A DNA stretch of 63,599 nt, filler included, from Reticulomyxa filosa (Eukaryota; Protista; Foraminifera): NCBI GenBank assembly GCA_000512085.1. It is 24 parts of 24 records of this genome, joined end to end, with 100 filler letters (N's around TTAATTAATTAA, not from the genome) between each part and the next. Parts side by side here need not be neighbours in the genome. Positions count along the whole stretch, not along the records: positions 47,295 to 55,514 come from ASPP01013481.1; positions 55,615 to 56,661 come from ASPP01047470.1; positions 56,762 to 59,276 come from ASPP01043392.1; positions 59,377 to 61,272 come from ASPP01020773.1; positions 61,373 to 62,372 come from ASPP01046548.1; positions 62,473 to 63,599 come from ASPP01028631.1; 18 more parts are not named here. One strand, 5' to 3'. How positions within the stretch are numbered: the first letter of the stretch is position 1; each line of letters begins with the position of its first letter. The position numbers and the translations under genes are program-made. Below are positions 52,566 through 63,599 of this stretch, piece by piece. The notes beneath the pieces are model-generated. The model was not told the DNA's origin, ran no database searches, and saw only the letters and a program-made list of their open reading frames with translations.

Positions 52566-53661
52566 TTATTCGAGCGTGCTGGTACTCATAATCTCAACAC
52601 TTCGAGGCGAAGACGCCTTTTTAGAAAATGTTCTGGGCTGAAGCAGTTCTCCATTTTTGTAAGCTTTATATTCGAGATAGCATACTTTAAATTTCGAGTC
52701 CTCGGGATTCTCCTTTTTCATGTGTTGATTGGGCTTATGTTTTCTTTCACAACATTTGATGACGTGTTTGTACGTATGTATAAGTAGCATAAGAAGGAGG
52801 AAAAAAAAAAAAAGGAGTGTACGTCATCTGACCCCTAAATTAATAATAATTTAAAAAAAAACCTTTTTTTTTTTTTTTTTTTAATATAAATACACGACAA
52901 AGAGAAAGAGGATTGCAACTTTCATTTCACGGCGTCGATAGTAAAGAAAGCAAAGTGACGTATACACAATACTATATACCGCCCAATCCCATATTAGGAT
53001 TTGAATGTACGCCGAGCAGAAACGAGTGGTAAAGAAATCCTTGTGCAATTCCAAAGTTAAAACGATAAGGAAAAAAATAAAAGTGAAGAAACAAGCGCTG
53101 AGACAGCCCCACATTTTCAAGTGTTTACGACAACAAGGATAGCATTTGCGTTTGTCAAAGCACGGACAAACAGTGATTTTTTCCAAAACAAATGTGAACA
53201 AAAACAAGACCAATGCACTAAAGAGTATGTACAACACGTTTTGAGCATAGTCCGTACTCTTGATCTGGTCGCGAAGGTATGCAAACGGCATATCCAACAA
53301 CAATACATTAATCGTTATCAATAATCGCCGTTTGCGATCCAGTGGATGCCACGGGTGTGCACACATAAAAAATAATGCGTGATGATGACTCAAATAGATT
53401 CGATAGTCTATGGACCATTCCCCTGTCCATACTACTCGATCACGATATAAATCTTTTCGTAAACACCACTCTGCATGCTGTTTCATTTTTTTTTTTTTAA
53501 AAGAGAAAAAAAAAAGATTTTTATTCACATGCAACAAATCGAAACGTGTGTAGTGGTATATGAACGTGCAAAAATACGTTAAACCTATCATTTTCATATT
53601 TTTTCCAATCTGGATCTTCGCCACGCTTTTGTAAAATTTCCTTGTATGTCTCCACGTTCAT
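52566..53661 (-). CDS. Hypothetical multi-pass membrane protein
   Basis: ATG 53661 (MNVETYKEILQKRGEDPDW), then an exon with HHALFFMCAHPWHPLDRKRR and four hydrophobic helices with a Cys-rich loop; terminal exon ends at TAA 52566. Confidence 0.65.
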
Positions 53662-54740
53662 TGTCGCTGTTGTAAATAGTAAACCTTTTCAATCTCCAAG
53701 ATTACACAGTATCCCTTTTTTTTTTTGATTTTGTGCAAATCTTGCACAACTTTCATAAATTAATTTTTTTTTACCTAAAAAAATTTTGCTTGTGTCAACC
53801 CTTTTAAGATGTTTTATTACAGTTATTAAGTAAAAATAAATGAAAACACTCCATATTTTTAGGCAAAAGCAAAAAATTAATAACATTTAATTAATCGCAA
53901 AGATATAACTTTCGATGATAACAATTCAAAAAAATGTCTAAAAAAGCCAAGCTGAAAAAAATACAAATATTGCATAAACTTGTAAAAATAAAAATAATGA
54001 AATTAATGTTAAAAAAAAGGAAAAGCTAAATAAAAATATAAAAAAGTTTTAAAAAATGTCAAACATGTATGCTATGTTGAGATTATCTATTTATACGTGA
54101 ATAGCAAAATTTGATTTTTTTAAACAATCTTATTTTTTTTAATTTTTTTATTGTTTTAATTTTAGAAATTTATTGTCGTTTTTTATTAGAATCAGTGTTG
54201 TTTGTAATGTGATGTTTTTATAACAAGGTAAAAATATAGTAATGTTTATTTTTATCTTTTTTGTTTTGATTTTTATATTATTTAATTGATTTAAATAAAA
54301 GTGAAAGTTGTATTTGCAACATTAAGATAAATCTAACCTAAAAAATTGTAAAAAAATACATCTTTAGAAACATTGAAAATATGTAAAAAGTATTATAATA
54401 TACAGCATTTTTTTGCAAATTACTGGAATTTTTTGTAGTATTTTATTTGAATTTGCATTTTTGAAGTTGAATATGCACATATTTTTTGTTTATTGCTTTT
54501 TAATGAGAATTCTGTTCATGTGACGAATTGTCGATATTTTTCATTTTTTAGTGAAAATTGCTGAAGAGACTATTATTGATCGAAATAAAGATTATTTTGG
54601 TTTTTAAAATTTTTTTGCTAGTTTTAAAGTTAATAAAAGAATGAAAACAACAAGGGCACTAATTTTGCAAACTAAAAATTAGGATTTAACCGGATTTTAG
54701 AACAGTACTAAAACAAATACCTGTTTTTTTTGTTAAAAAA

Positions 54741-55498
54741 ATGACAGCAGTAGTGAGTGAAGAATCTCCAAATGAATCAAATAATGACAAAATTCCGTCC
54801 CATGACCCTATTGCAGAAGTGCAACGACGAAACAAACAAGTTCTTCGTCTGCGAATTGCACTTGGTGTAGCTGTATTTTTGATGCTATTCTTCTTTATAT
54901 TCTTAGTAGCATATGCGAGCACGCATAAAAGTACAAATGGTCACAGCAGTGGAAATGACAAATCCGAGGCGGAACGAACATCCCCGTCCCCTACTTCGGC
55001 TCCAACCACAGGACTAAGATTTTGTCAAACGCAGGTACTGTGAGCAAGCTTTGACACGTATCTATTGCTACACATAAAACAACATTGTGCAAATCAATCC
55101 AATTCACACAAAAAAAAAAAGGCTTGCCTTGCACTTTCTGAAGACCTACTCGCTTCAATGGACACGTTATGTTTTCTTTTTCATTTGCTTGTGTTTATTG
55201 AGTTTTGGAGGGTATAAAAAAAAAAAAAAAAGAGGGAGGATAAGATAGAGGCAAAGAAAAAAAAAGCCGAAGAGCATCTAAGAGCAATTTTTTTTTTTTT
55301 TTTTTTTTTACTTTCCAACGTATACTGTTTGCAAAATTCATTAAATAGCAAAATTAAAAACATTCAAATAGGTCCGCAGACCCTTGTGTTGATTTCTATC
55401 AGTACGCTTGCGGAGGTTATAAAGAAGAGTTTGAATACGAATTAACCAGTCAATCTGTAGTCAATTCTTTTGTGCAATTAGACAGCTACGAGTCAAAC
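54741..55498 (+). CDS. M13 peptidase 5' exons (type II membrane anchor); same gene as 35140-37423
   Basis: Exons 54741-55034, 55122-55165 and 55372-55498 splice to cytosolic tail + TM + S/P/T stalk + FCQTQ|ACLALSEDLLASMDT|SADPCVDFYQYACGG, the classic M13 N-terminus. Confidence 0.9.
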
Positions 55499-56770
55499 GT
55501 TAAAAAAAAAAAAANNNNNNNNNNNNNNNNNNNNNNNNNNNNNNNNNNNNNNNNNNNNTTAATTAATTAANNNNNNNNNNNNNNNNNNNNNNNNNNNNNN
55601 NNNNNNNNNNNNNNGAGCAATATCAGCAAATCAAAAAGCCCAGCTCAAAGGAATTTTAAGAATATCAATCGATACTTATTATTAAACTCTAAATTCACAT
55701 GAACTACATACTCCTGGTATTGATAAGCTTCTTTCCATACCTTTGCAAACATACTACATATCATTATATATTATGTACATATATGTATATAGAATCTCTT
55801 GTACTTCTTTTTTTTTTTTGATAAAGTGATAAATACGAGTGGGTATAAAAAAGCCAATGACGCCTTGGGGAACGACAAAACAATCATAAAATCCCAACAT
55901 CAAGTTGGCGCGATTGACAGTAATTGTCATCGAAATACGCTTTTAAATTATTCTTTACGATATAATCCAGGATCATAGTTGCTTCCTCGTGATTTTCCTA
56001 AGTAAAAAAAACTAGGTTTCCACTCAATTTTTATTTTTTATGATTATTTTATAAGTGTTAAATTATTGTTATTATAGAACAAAGCAATGTTTTGCATAAA
56101 TATTAGTTAAATAAAATCATTAAAAACTGTTACACATTTACCATTTTGCAATCTTAGAATAGTCAAGTTTTAAATATGCATCAGAGGAACTCTTTTATCA
56201 AAAGGAAAAACAATATTTAAATCTACGCAATTTGTAGTATTTTAAAAAGCGTTGTCTTTTTTTGATTATCTTTAAAGTATCATTCTACAAACAAAGATTA
56301 GAATCAAATTAAAGTAAAAAAGAGAAAAGAAACAATTATCGATTTAATTGCAGTTACCATAGCCTTCGCGAATGCGCAACTATAAAATACAAAAGAAAAA
56401 AGTGAATTAGTTCTTGATGAGGAATGTTATTCTTTCACTTTATTAAATCTATTGTGGGAATTAACGTATGTTTAATTTTATTCACAAAAGGGAAACATCT
56501 AAAAATAGACTGAACTGGAAAAATGTTTACAATTGATTCATCTTAACATAGTATATTGCGCATAAAAATTAAAACAAACTTTTATCAATATCTTTTATTC
56601 ACAAAAATTGTGATAACATATTTTCACGAATTAAACTGTGTTTGAGCCATAGCATAAATTANNNNNNNNNNNNNNNNNNNNNNNNNNNNNNNNNNNNNNN
56701 NNNNNTTAATTAATTAANNNNNNNNNNNNNNNNNNNNNNNNNNNNNNNNNNNNNNNNNNNNTAAGATATA

Positions 56771-56805
56771 TTTTAGGCGTTCAGTTTTCTTTGCAACATA
56801 CTGTA
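56771..56805 (-). mobile_element. Tc1/mariner-like terminal inverted repeat end with TA target site (copy 2)
   Basis: ttttaggcgttcagttttctttgcaacatactgTA matches 32335-32368 except for one inserted T; the flank differs beyond the TA. Confidence 0.62.
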
Positions 56806-56962
56806 AAAACCCAAAGAACAGAAAAGAGCAAAAAGTTTTAAACTTTCGAACCCCTTTTTTTGTAACGTCCCTCTCAGGTGCCTTATACTTTAAGTATACG
56901 CAATCACACATCCTCAAAAAACAAATTTTTTGTTTTGTCGTGGACGTTAACATCAAAAAAAT

Positions 56963-57180
56963 TTGGAGAAAAACAACAAAATAAAAAAATTGCAAAGAGA
57001 ATCTCAACAAAAATTACTCAAATTACGAGCTGACGTTGAAATTATCAAAAAAGATTTCAATGAAAAGGAAAACAAACAACTATCGCATTATGATAAATTA
57101 GTTAAATTTTTGGAAGAAAAGAATGAAAAACTCACCCAAGATGTTCAAACAAAGATGAACAAAAAGAAAATTCGTTTTCA
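56963..57180 (+). pseudogene. Coiled-coil remnant of a probably amplified gene family
   Basis: IKKLQRESQQKLLKLRADVEIIKKDFNEKE..YDKLVKFLEEKNEKL with no coherent gene context on either side. Confidence 0.4.
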
Positions 57181-59054
57181 AATATTTTTTGACAATACAA
57201 TACAGTGTTGCCACAACTCGCGGTGCAATGCACTCGATCAACTTTTATGTCGTTGTATTTGTAGAAACATACGCCACATTCAACATACTGTTGTATCAAT
57301 GTTTCACCTTCTTCATAACCTCGAGTCAAATGATTTTTCATTTTACTGACACGGTCACTTCGCATTGATAAATACGCCCGAATCGAGGATTACGTGTTTG
57401 ACTGTGGTGTTTTTGTCGCCGCTTAGCTCGACCCGTGATGGAGGACCCGTTGAAGAAATTGCCACTTTTAGCGGCTTTTTTTTTGTTCGATGGATTTAAA
57501 ATTAGTTGATAGATCATTTTTACCCCAAATATTATTCATTTTAATTAAGATTGCCCAAAAAAGGTGCAAAATTTCGTCTCATATGAAGACAAATTAGTAG
57601 ATCATGGCCTGATCCAATGTAACAAAAATTCACAAATTCTTCCACAATATATGTTGAATATTTGCTTCGTCGATGCTTTGAAAGTTACATGACAGATTTT
57701 TGTTAAAAGAAGTAAAAATACATAAATTGTGTTTCAATGAATTCCAAATTGGTGTTTTAATTTTTCCCCATTACTTTTGATGTTTTTTAAATTCTATTGT
57801 TTCCGTAGATGAATTTTTAATAATAAGTTTTTGACTGCAAATTCGATAAAAAATTTTAAAAAGTGTAATGCAAGTGACTATTTATGGGGGGGGACCCATA
57901 TATATTTAAATTTAAAAATTGAGTTTAACTCATTATATATGAAAAATATTGTTGTCAAGGTCAAGTGGTCTTAATTATATATATTTTTTGCTGTTTATTA
58001 CAATGATTTTGTGTATAGAAAATAATAACATATAAGTACTATTTCGTACTATATGCATAACACTTTTTTTTTGGAAATTTATATAATTTTTTATTCTTTA
58101 CAAATTGTTTTTTATGTCAAATTTCACAAAAATGTCTCGAAACAAAATATTTTTTCTTGGAAGATTGGGCAAAATAACAATCATTTGAATGAAAAATTTA
58201 GAACAATCAAAAAAAAATAAACGAGATAGATCGTTCTCTTTTTTTGGCAAAAGAAGTTGAAAACTTAATCTGGTGGTGCATACGCTTCAGATTGCATTAC
58301 ATCAGTTACATAATTCTCTCAAAAGACAAAGTCAGAAAAAACAAAACAATGAAAAACTACAAATTTACAACATGGTAAATTTCTTTCTACAGTAAGTGTT
58401 TGTGTTAATTATTATATGTTTTTTAATGTGTTATGTTTTTTTGAATAAGGCGGACTAACTCGGTTTGCAAGTTTAGCGCTAGTTTGTGCATTGCATCTTT
58501 AAAAAAAATTTTAAAAATCTGAAAAATTTGTAAGTGTAATCTCTTATTAATAAGTGAGATCAATTGCAATAATTTGAAAAATGTACCTTTGTCTTGAATA
58601 AGCCAAGCGATATTGAAATACAAACCACACAGTCAGTTCAAAACACTAATGATGAACATTACAATTGTATTTATGAGCGCACAACAATGGCAACTATCGC
58701 TATAATCTACTTTCCGCATTGGATTAAAAAAAATTCTTTCTTTGTGTATGATGAAAACAATTGAATTTGATACTGTGATATTCTTTTGAGTTAAAGAAGT
58801 TTAATAAAAAAGGCTTCTCATTCATGTACATCACAAAATGAAACGTGTCGAGAAAAAACCCATACAACAAAGGAAAAAAGAAATTTGCAAAAAAAAGAAA
58901 AAAAAATAGGAAGAGGGTATAGTAAAGAACACAAATGTTCAAAGTTTATGACATCACAAACACATTCAAAAAAATGAAGTTAAGGAGTTTATACACATTG
59001 TAGGGAGGAAAAAGAATGTTTATTTATTTTTTTAAAAAAATAAACATTAACGAA

Positions 59055-59276
59055 TTAATCTTGAGCGGAAGGTATCATCATCAATATATCTGGGTCAATA
59101 TTCGCCAGAAGTTCAGCATTTGGCTGAATATCTTCTGAAGTGTCTTCTTCAGATTCATCTTGATCATGATCACTATGGTCTTGGGGATGGTTATCGAATT
59201 CATTGCCATTTTCATGATCACGATGATGTTCTTGTTCATCTTCATTTGGACTGTTCTTTCCATGTTCGTTTTCATG
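59055..59276 (-). CDS. 3' end of a gene with an acidic/His-rich low-complexity tail (not in the ORF track)
   Basis: Open frame from the contig edge: HENEHGKNSPNEDEQEHHRDHENGNEFDNHPQDHSDHDQDESEEDTSEDIQPNAELLANIDPDILMMIPSAQD*. Confidence 0.55.
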   Translation of the reverse strand, partial: HENEHGKNSPNEDEQEHHRDHENGNEFDNHPQDHSDHDQDESEEDTSEDIQPNAELLANIDPDILMMIPSAQD

Positions 59277-60074
59277 NNNNNNNNNNNNNNNNNNNNNNNN
59301 NNNNNNNNNNNNNNNNNNNNTTAATTAATTAANNNNNNNNNNNNNNNNNNNNNNNNNNNNNNNNNNNNNNNNNNNNCCAAAGGGAGCTCCTCAGTTCCAT
59401 ACAAGTTCAACTATGTGATAAGGGCTTGCCCTACATGAGTTTTAAAAAAACTAAACACATAAAATGATGTTTTAGAAATTATCCATTTTTTTAGACTTTT
59501 CATTTTTGATACAACGTCTGATCTTTAAAATTTTTCATTTTAATGCAAACTTTTTTCTGTGCGTTTTTATGGTGAAATTTTGTGTTTTTTGAACAGTAGC
59601 TGTTGACTTTGATAAATCATTGAATTTAATCAATGTGTTGTATATGAAAAATAAGGCAGATCATGTACATTTTAAAACAAAAAATAAATTTTATCTATTA
59701 CAATACAAATGTCGACACTTCTTTGTCAATCACTTTCTTTTCCTTCTATGTTATCTTCTTGTTCAACACCTTTTTCTCTTTTGCTCTTTCGCAAGTACTC
59801 CAATAATCTGTTTCCTGACTCTTTTATGTGCTAGTATAATTGAATTAAAGTGTCTTAGCACAAAAAAAAGACACATTTGTATATTCATTTGCTGAAAATA
59901 AATATAATACAACACAACTTAAGATTGTTTTTTGTTTAATTATACACAAAAAAAATTTTACCATCATTACTACAATAAATTATATTGTAATTGTTGTTGT
60001 CAGTTAAAGACAATAATGTAATACAATGTAAACTTTCATTTGTTTGATTTCTTTTACTTCCTTATTTATTTTGA

Positions 60075-60410
60075 TATACCATTTTATCTGCTGAACGGGA
60101 ACATATAATATATTCATTATGCATGTAAGGTAAATATTCAATAGATTTCACATAACGTTTATGTCCTTCAAATTTTTTACTTCTTTCTTCGTTCGTAAAT
60201 CCACAAAAGAATAGTTTTATCAGTTGAATCTGATAATATAGTTTTTGATCAAAAACAAATATTCGATCTGTATTGCTAATATTTAATATCCATTATATTG
60301 TCTGAATGTCTTCTAAAAATTTTATTGTTTAATGTTTCAATATCACAAACACGACAATTATTCACATGATCCTGACCATAATTTATATTCGTTACTATTA
60401 CGACTGAACG
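60075..60410 (-). pseudogene. WD40-repeat pseudogene remnant (not in the ORF track)
   Basis: Minus-strand pieces YKLWSGS..RVCDIET, TILSDSTDKTILLW, VKKFEGHKRYVKSIEY, CSRSADK, with frameshifts. Confidence 0.7.
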
Positions 60411-60599
60411 TTATTTTTTTTTTGATATAAAGAAAGACAAAGAGTGATCGTTTGTTTGTAAACAAAAACGTTCAATAAAAATGGTATTTTTTCCAAGAAA
60501 TTTAAAAAACACACATTGTACCATAAAAAAAATAGAATTATTGCTTCATATTATTCCCTCCAACATTGCAGCGGCTGTCCAACATTTGGATAAGATATA

Positions 60600-61190
60600 T
60601 GACAACACTCCCGTATCCAAGTTGTAAAAACAAACAAACGGATTTGTCTGCATGTGCGTCATCACTTCCATTATAGCTTTACTGTTGGTGATAATAGATA
60701 TACAATTTGTTCTAGATCTGATGATAAAAATATCCGTATATAGTATATTGAAAAAAATAAATGAATATGTTATCAAAGGACATACAAACATTGTAAAAAG
60801 TGTAAAATATGGATTACATGAATTAAAAAATATTGGTGGTTCAAATACAATATTATCTGGATCAATTGATAAAAGTATTAGTTTGTGGTATATTCGATCT
60901 AATAAGCAAACTCAAATATTCAATGGACATACAAATAGTATTCGTAAAGTCAAATATTCACCATTTGTAGTAAAAAATATTGAAATTGTGATACTTCAAA
61001 TTTAATATGTTCTGGATCAATAGATGGCACATTCGTTTTTGGGATATTCGATCAAATAAGAACTAGTTGCACATTATCAAAGAAAATAAAGGAATAATGT
61101 CATTTACATTTATTCAAGTAACACAAAAAAAGGGAAATTATGTCAATTTATGTTATGGGACAAATGAAAGTTTTATTTGTATTTGTGAAT
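60600..61190 (+). pseudogene. WD40-repeat pseudogene, Reticulomyxa-type amplified family
   Basis: YTICSRSDDKNI, IKGHTNIVKSVKYG..GGSNTILSGSIDKSISLWYIRSNKQTQIFNGHTNSIRKVKYSPF, ICSGSIDG..FWDIRSNKN, NLCYG, with frameshifts and stops. Confidence 0.85.
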
Positions 61191-61399
61191 AATATAAAAA
61201 AATTTTGGTTTTTTTCCTATGAGAAAGAAATAATATTAAAACAATAAATTTGTCATCTTGTTATTATTGATTNNNNNNNNNNNNNNNNNNNNNNNNNNNN
61301 NNNNNNNNNNNNNNNNTTAATTAATTAANNNNNNNNNNNNNNNNNNNNNNNNNNNNNNNNNNNNNNNNNNNNTTTTTTTTTTTTACTGGCTCTGAATTC

Positions 61400-62077
61400 C
61401 TCTCATTTAAAAAACAAATCTCCTCCAAAAGTGAGCGCCACAGCCGTTTGGACCTACTGGAACTGTCTTCTCTGCGCTGTGAACACGTTCGCCGTAGGGT
61501 TTCTAGCATAATCAATTTTATTTTGGTGGATCAAGTATTTTGGCTATATTTTGATGGGTTGGCTGCTTACTGCAACTGGAGAGGAGTTCAGTTTAACGAG
61601 ATTTCCATTTTGTGCAAGCATACTTTCCACTGGATTAGTACTTTGGCTTTATTTTATTCTATGGCTCGGTTTAATCGTAAATGGCCCGCTTCTATTTCGT
61701 GGTCTTTAAAGCGTTTGCGTATCTTGATATGTAATGGTGATTTAAGACAAACCACTAAAGGTGATGAGAGCTCTGAAAATAGTAAGACAACTCTAAAACT
61801 ACCTGACCTCAGTCATATAGAAGACGACGAGTGTAAAGATTTATGTCAAAAGTGCCAATGTAAAAAACATCGATTGTTGACCGAAGTGGCAGCGTTGCTT
61901 TCTTTCTCCTCAGATCCCAATGAACAAAGGAAATATCAATTCCAAGTATTTGGCTACCGGGTCTCTATGGCTTGGTTTACTGTAAACGCACTTATTGGTA
62001 TTGTGCTTTCTTTGTCTTGGCTGAGAACTGGGAAAGGAGTTGAATCTTATTTTGTCAATCTCTTGTTGCAGTGCTAA
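61400..62077 (+). CDS. Membrane protein C-terminus, possibly gustatory-receptor-like/DUF3537-like (7TM ion channel superfamily)
   Basis: TM helices, then MARFNRK, a long loop, and ALLSF....YQFQVFGYRVSMAWF plus a final TM (LSLSWLRTG). This resembles the TM6-TM7 pattern of DUF3537/GRL proteins. Confidence 0.5.
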   Translation, partial: LSFKKQISSKSERHSRLDLLELSSLRCEHVRRRVSSIINFILVDQVFWLYFDGLAAYCNWRGVQFNEISILCKHTFHWISTLALFYSMARFNRKWPASISWSLKRLRILICNGDLRQTTKGDESSENSKTTLKLPDLSHIEDDECKDLCQKCQCKKHRLLTEVAALLSFSSDPNEQRKYQFQVFGYRVSMAWFTVNALIGIVLSLSWLRTGKGVESYFVNLLLQC

Positions 62078-63199
62078 ACAGTAATAGTAAGCTAAACTGA
62101 TTTCCTTCATTAGTTCAAAAAATACACGTCTCCTTACTTTTTCTTATCAAGTAGTTATCGGTTTATGATGCAGTGTGCACGATCGCAAGAAAATAAAATA
62201 AAAAATGAACAATGAAAAAACAACCAATCTTTTTTTTTAAACACTAGCGCAACATGAAGGCTCTTTCTAGTATTTAACTTTCAGTTATGTTTAAAATAAC
62301 CAACAAAAGATTTAAAACATATGAACGTGCTGAAAAAATATTATTGTGAAACACTTGATAATCACAAAAAATNNNNNNNNNNNNNNNNNNNNNNNNNNNN
62401 NNNNNNNNNNNNNNNNTTAATTAATTAANNNNNNNNNNNNNNNNNNNNNNNNNNNNNNNNNNNNNNNNNNNNTAGATAATTTTCAATAAATTATCTCATG
62501 ATTGCGGAAAACAAATCCCTCTAAATGCAAAAAGAAGTAAATAAGTGGACCATTTGTCCAATTTTTTTTCAATAGCAATTTTGAGCCAAACACAGGTATT
62601 GTATTGTCATCTAATAGATTAGTTGTAATCTACAATCAAAAAAACGAATACAATAAACAATTGAATATTATGAAATGTCATTGATAATTAAGTTAGGAAT
62701 TTTTGTATTTAATTATAAAATGTAGTTGATTCGTTTTCGACGTTAGGACCACAAAAAGGAAAATGAAAAATACTTATAAGCGAGTTGTGATATTTGTAAA
62801 ATGAAGAAAATTAACATCAATCATCCAATATGATACTGAAATAAGTTAGTGAAAAATGAAATAATTTTTGTTAAGAAACACTTTTGTCCAATTTTTAATC
62901 CTGGCTTCATTTAGTCAAAAAAGACAATGCCCACAGTATTGTAGTTTTACTTTTGTATTTCCTTTATTGTTATCGTAACACAAATGAACATTATTTTCTT
63001 TCCAGATTTGGCATGATAAAATTATATTATTATTATCACCTTCCAATGAAGAATCATGTAAATATGTTTTCTTCGAGATAAAATAATTTATAAAATTTAT
63101 ATATATCCATCATCTTGATCATCTTGATTATCTCGGTGAAAGTTCAAGATCTTAATCAAATCGAAAGAACAAGATATCTAGAATATCTCGAAAGATAAA

Positions 63200-63599
63200 G
63201 TCAAGTAATATTGGTGAAAGTGCATCCTTGTAGAACTCCAGTATTGAATTAAATCCATTCTGAATGAACTCCATTCAATCCACTCTTCCAAGTCGATCGA
63301 TAATAAGTTGTCAATCAACTAATATAATCTTCAATCTTATATCTTAATTCATTTCTCCAAATACTATCATATGCTGCAGAGATATCCAATAATACTACAT
63401 AAGTGACTGAATTGTATGTGCTTGTGTTTGATATGATATTGCTTATCATTCAACCACTACATTAATTTTCTTTCAATTAATTTACCAACAGTAGATAATA
63501 ATGCAATTGTCTATGATTTTTGCAATGACTGATCTCTGTTAGGTTTGTGAATGTACAAAATATTTGCCTTTTTCCATGCGATTAGAATGTATCCCATCA
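63200..63599 (-). mobile_element. Decayed non-LTR retrotransposon (LINE) reverse transcriptase (not in the ORF track)
   Basis: Minus strand: GYILIAWKKANILYIHKPNRD..*TIALLSTVGKLIER; VVLLDISAAYDSIWR; LNGVHSEWI*FNTGVLQG/LSPIL. These are LINE RT motifs in order, with stops, frameshifts and deletions. Confidence 0.88.

Noticed and set aside
50479-54528. Exact 13-mer tcatgtgacgaat at 50479 and 54516 (E-box-like)
   Set aside because: Two copies of a 13-mer in 64 kb of biased sequence are compatible with chance, and there is no positional support.
2718-62472. TTAATTAATTAA repeated 23 times, superficially a CRISPR-like or regulatory repeat
   Set aside because: Always centred in exactly 44+44 N; an artificial six-frame-stop contig linker. 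ORFs ending in XXX-LIN are artefacts.

Overview
This is not one locus. It is 24 short contigs joined by an artificial 100-nt linker (44 N + TTAATTAATTAA + 44 N), so gene neighbourhoods across linkers mean nothing unless supported independently. Twenty-three contigs come from a very AT-rich, intron-containing eukaryote that uses the standard genetic code and GT-AG introns. The WD40 pseudogene family, homopolymer-rich introns and abundant pseudogenes point to the foraminiferan Reticulomyxa filosa or a relative (inference). One contig (2818-3888) is GC-rich and bacterial: tRNA-Pro(CGG) plus rdgC, Neisseriales/Chromobacteriaceae-like. Recognisable host genes: TM-RGS protein, UBR N-recognin fragment, Cbp3/UQCC1, casein kinase 1, Tim23, Prp31, cyclin-Y-like, LPLAT acyltransferase, an M13 neprilysin-like peptidase split over two overlapping contigs about 20 kb apart in the window, a GPCR-like fragment, an ELAV-like RRM protein, an RNF213-like AAA+ fragment, coiled-coil proteins and a possible GRL/DUF3537-like 7TM ion channel. 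Repeats and relics: a Tc1/mariner-like TIR end in two contigs, a GC-rich foldback palindrome family, a decayed LINE reverse transcriptase and WD40 pseudogenes. Several single-base frameshifts, mostly in homopolymers or simple repeats, look like assembly errors. No complete novel system can be shown from this window. The best leads are introns with poly-A rather than polypyrimidine 3' ends, the GRL-like channel, the RNF213-like protein, the foldback palindromes and the Tc1-like ends.
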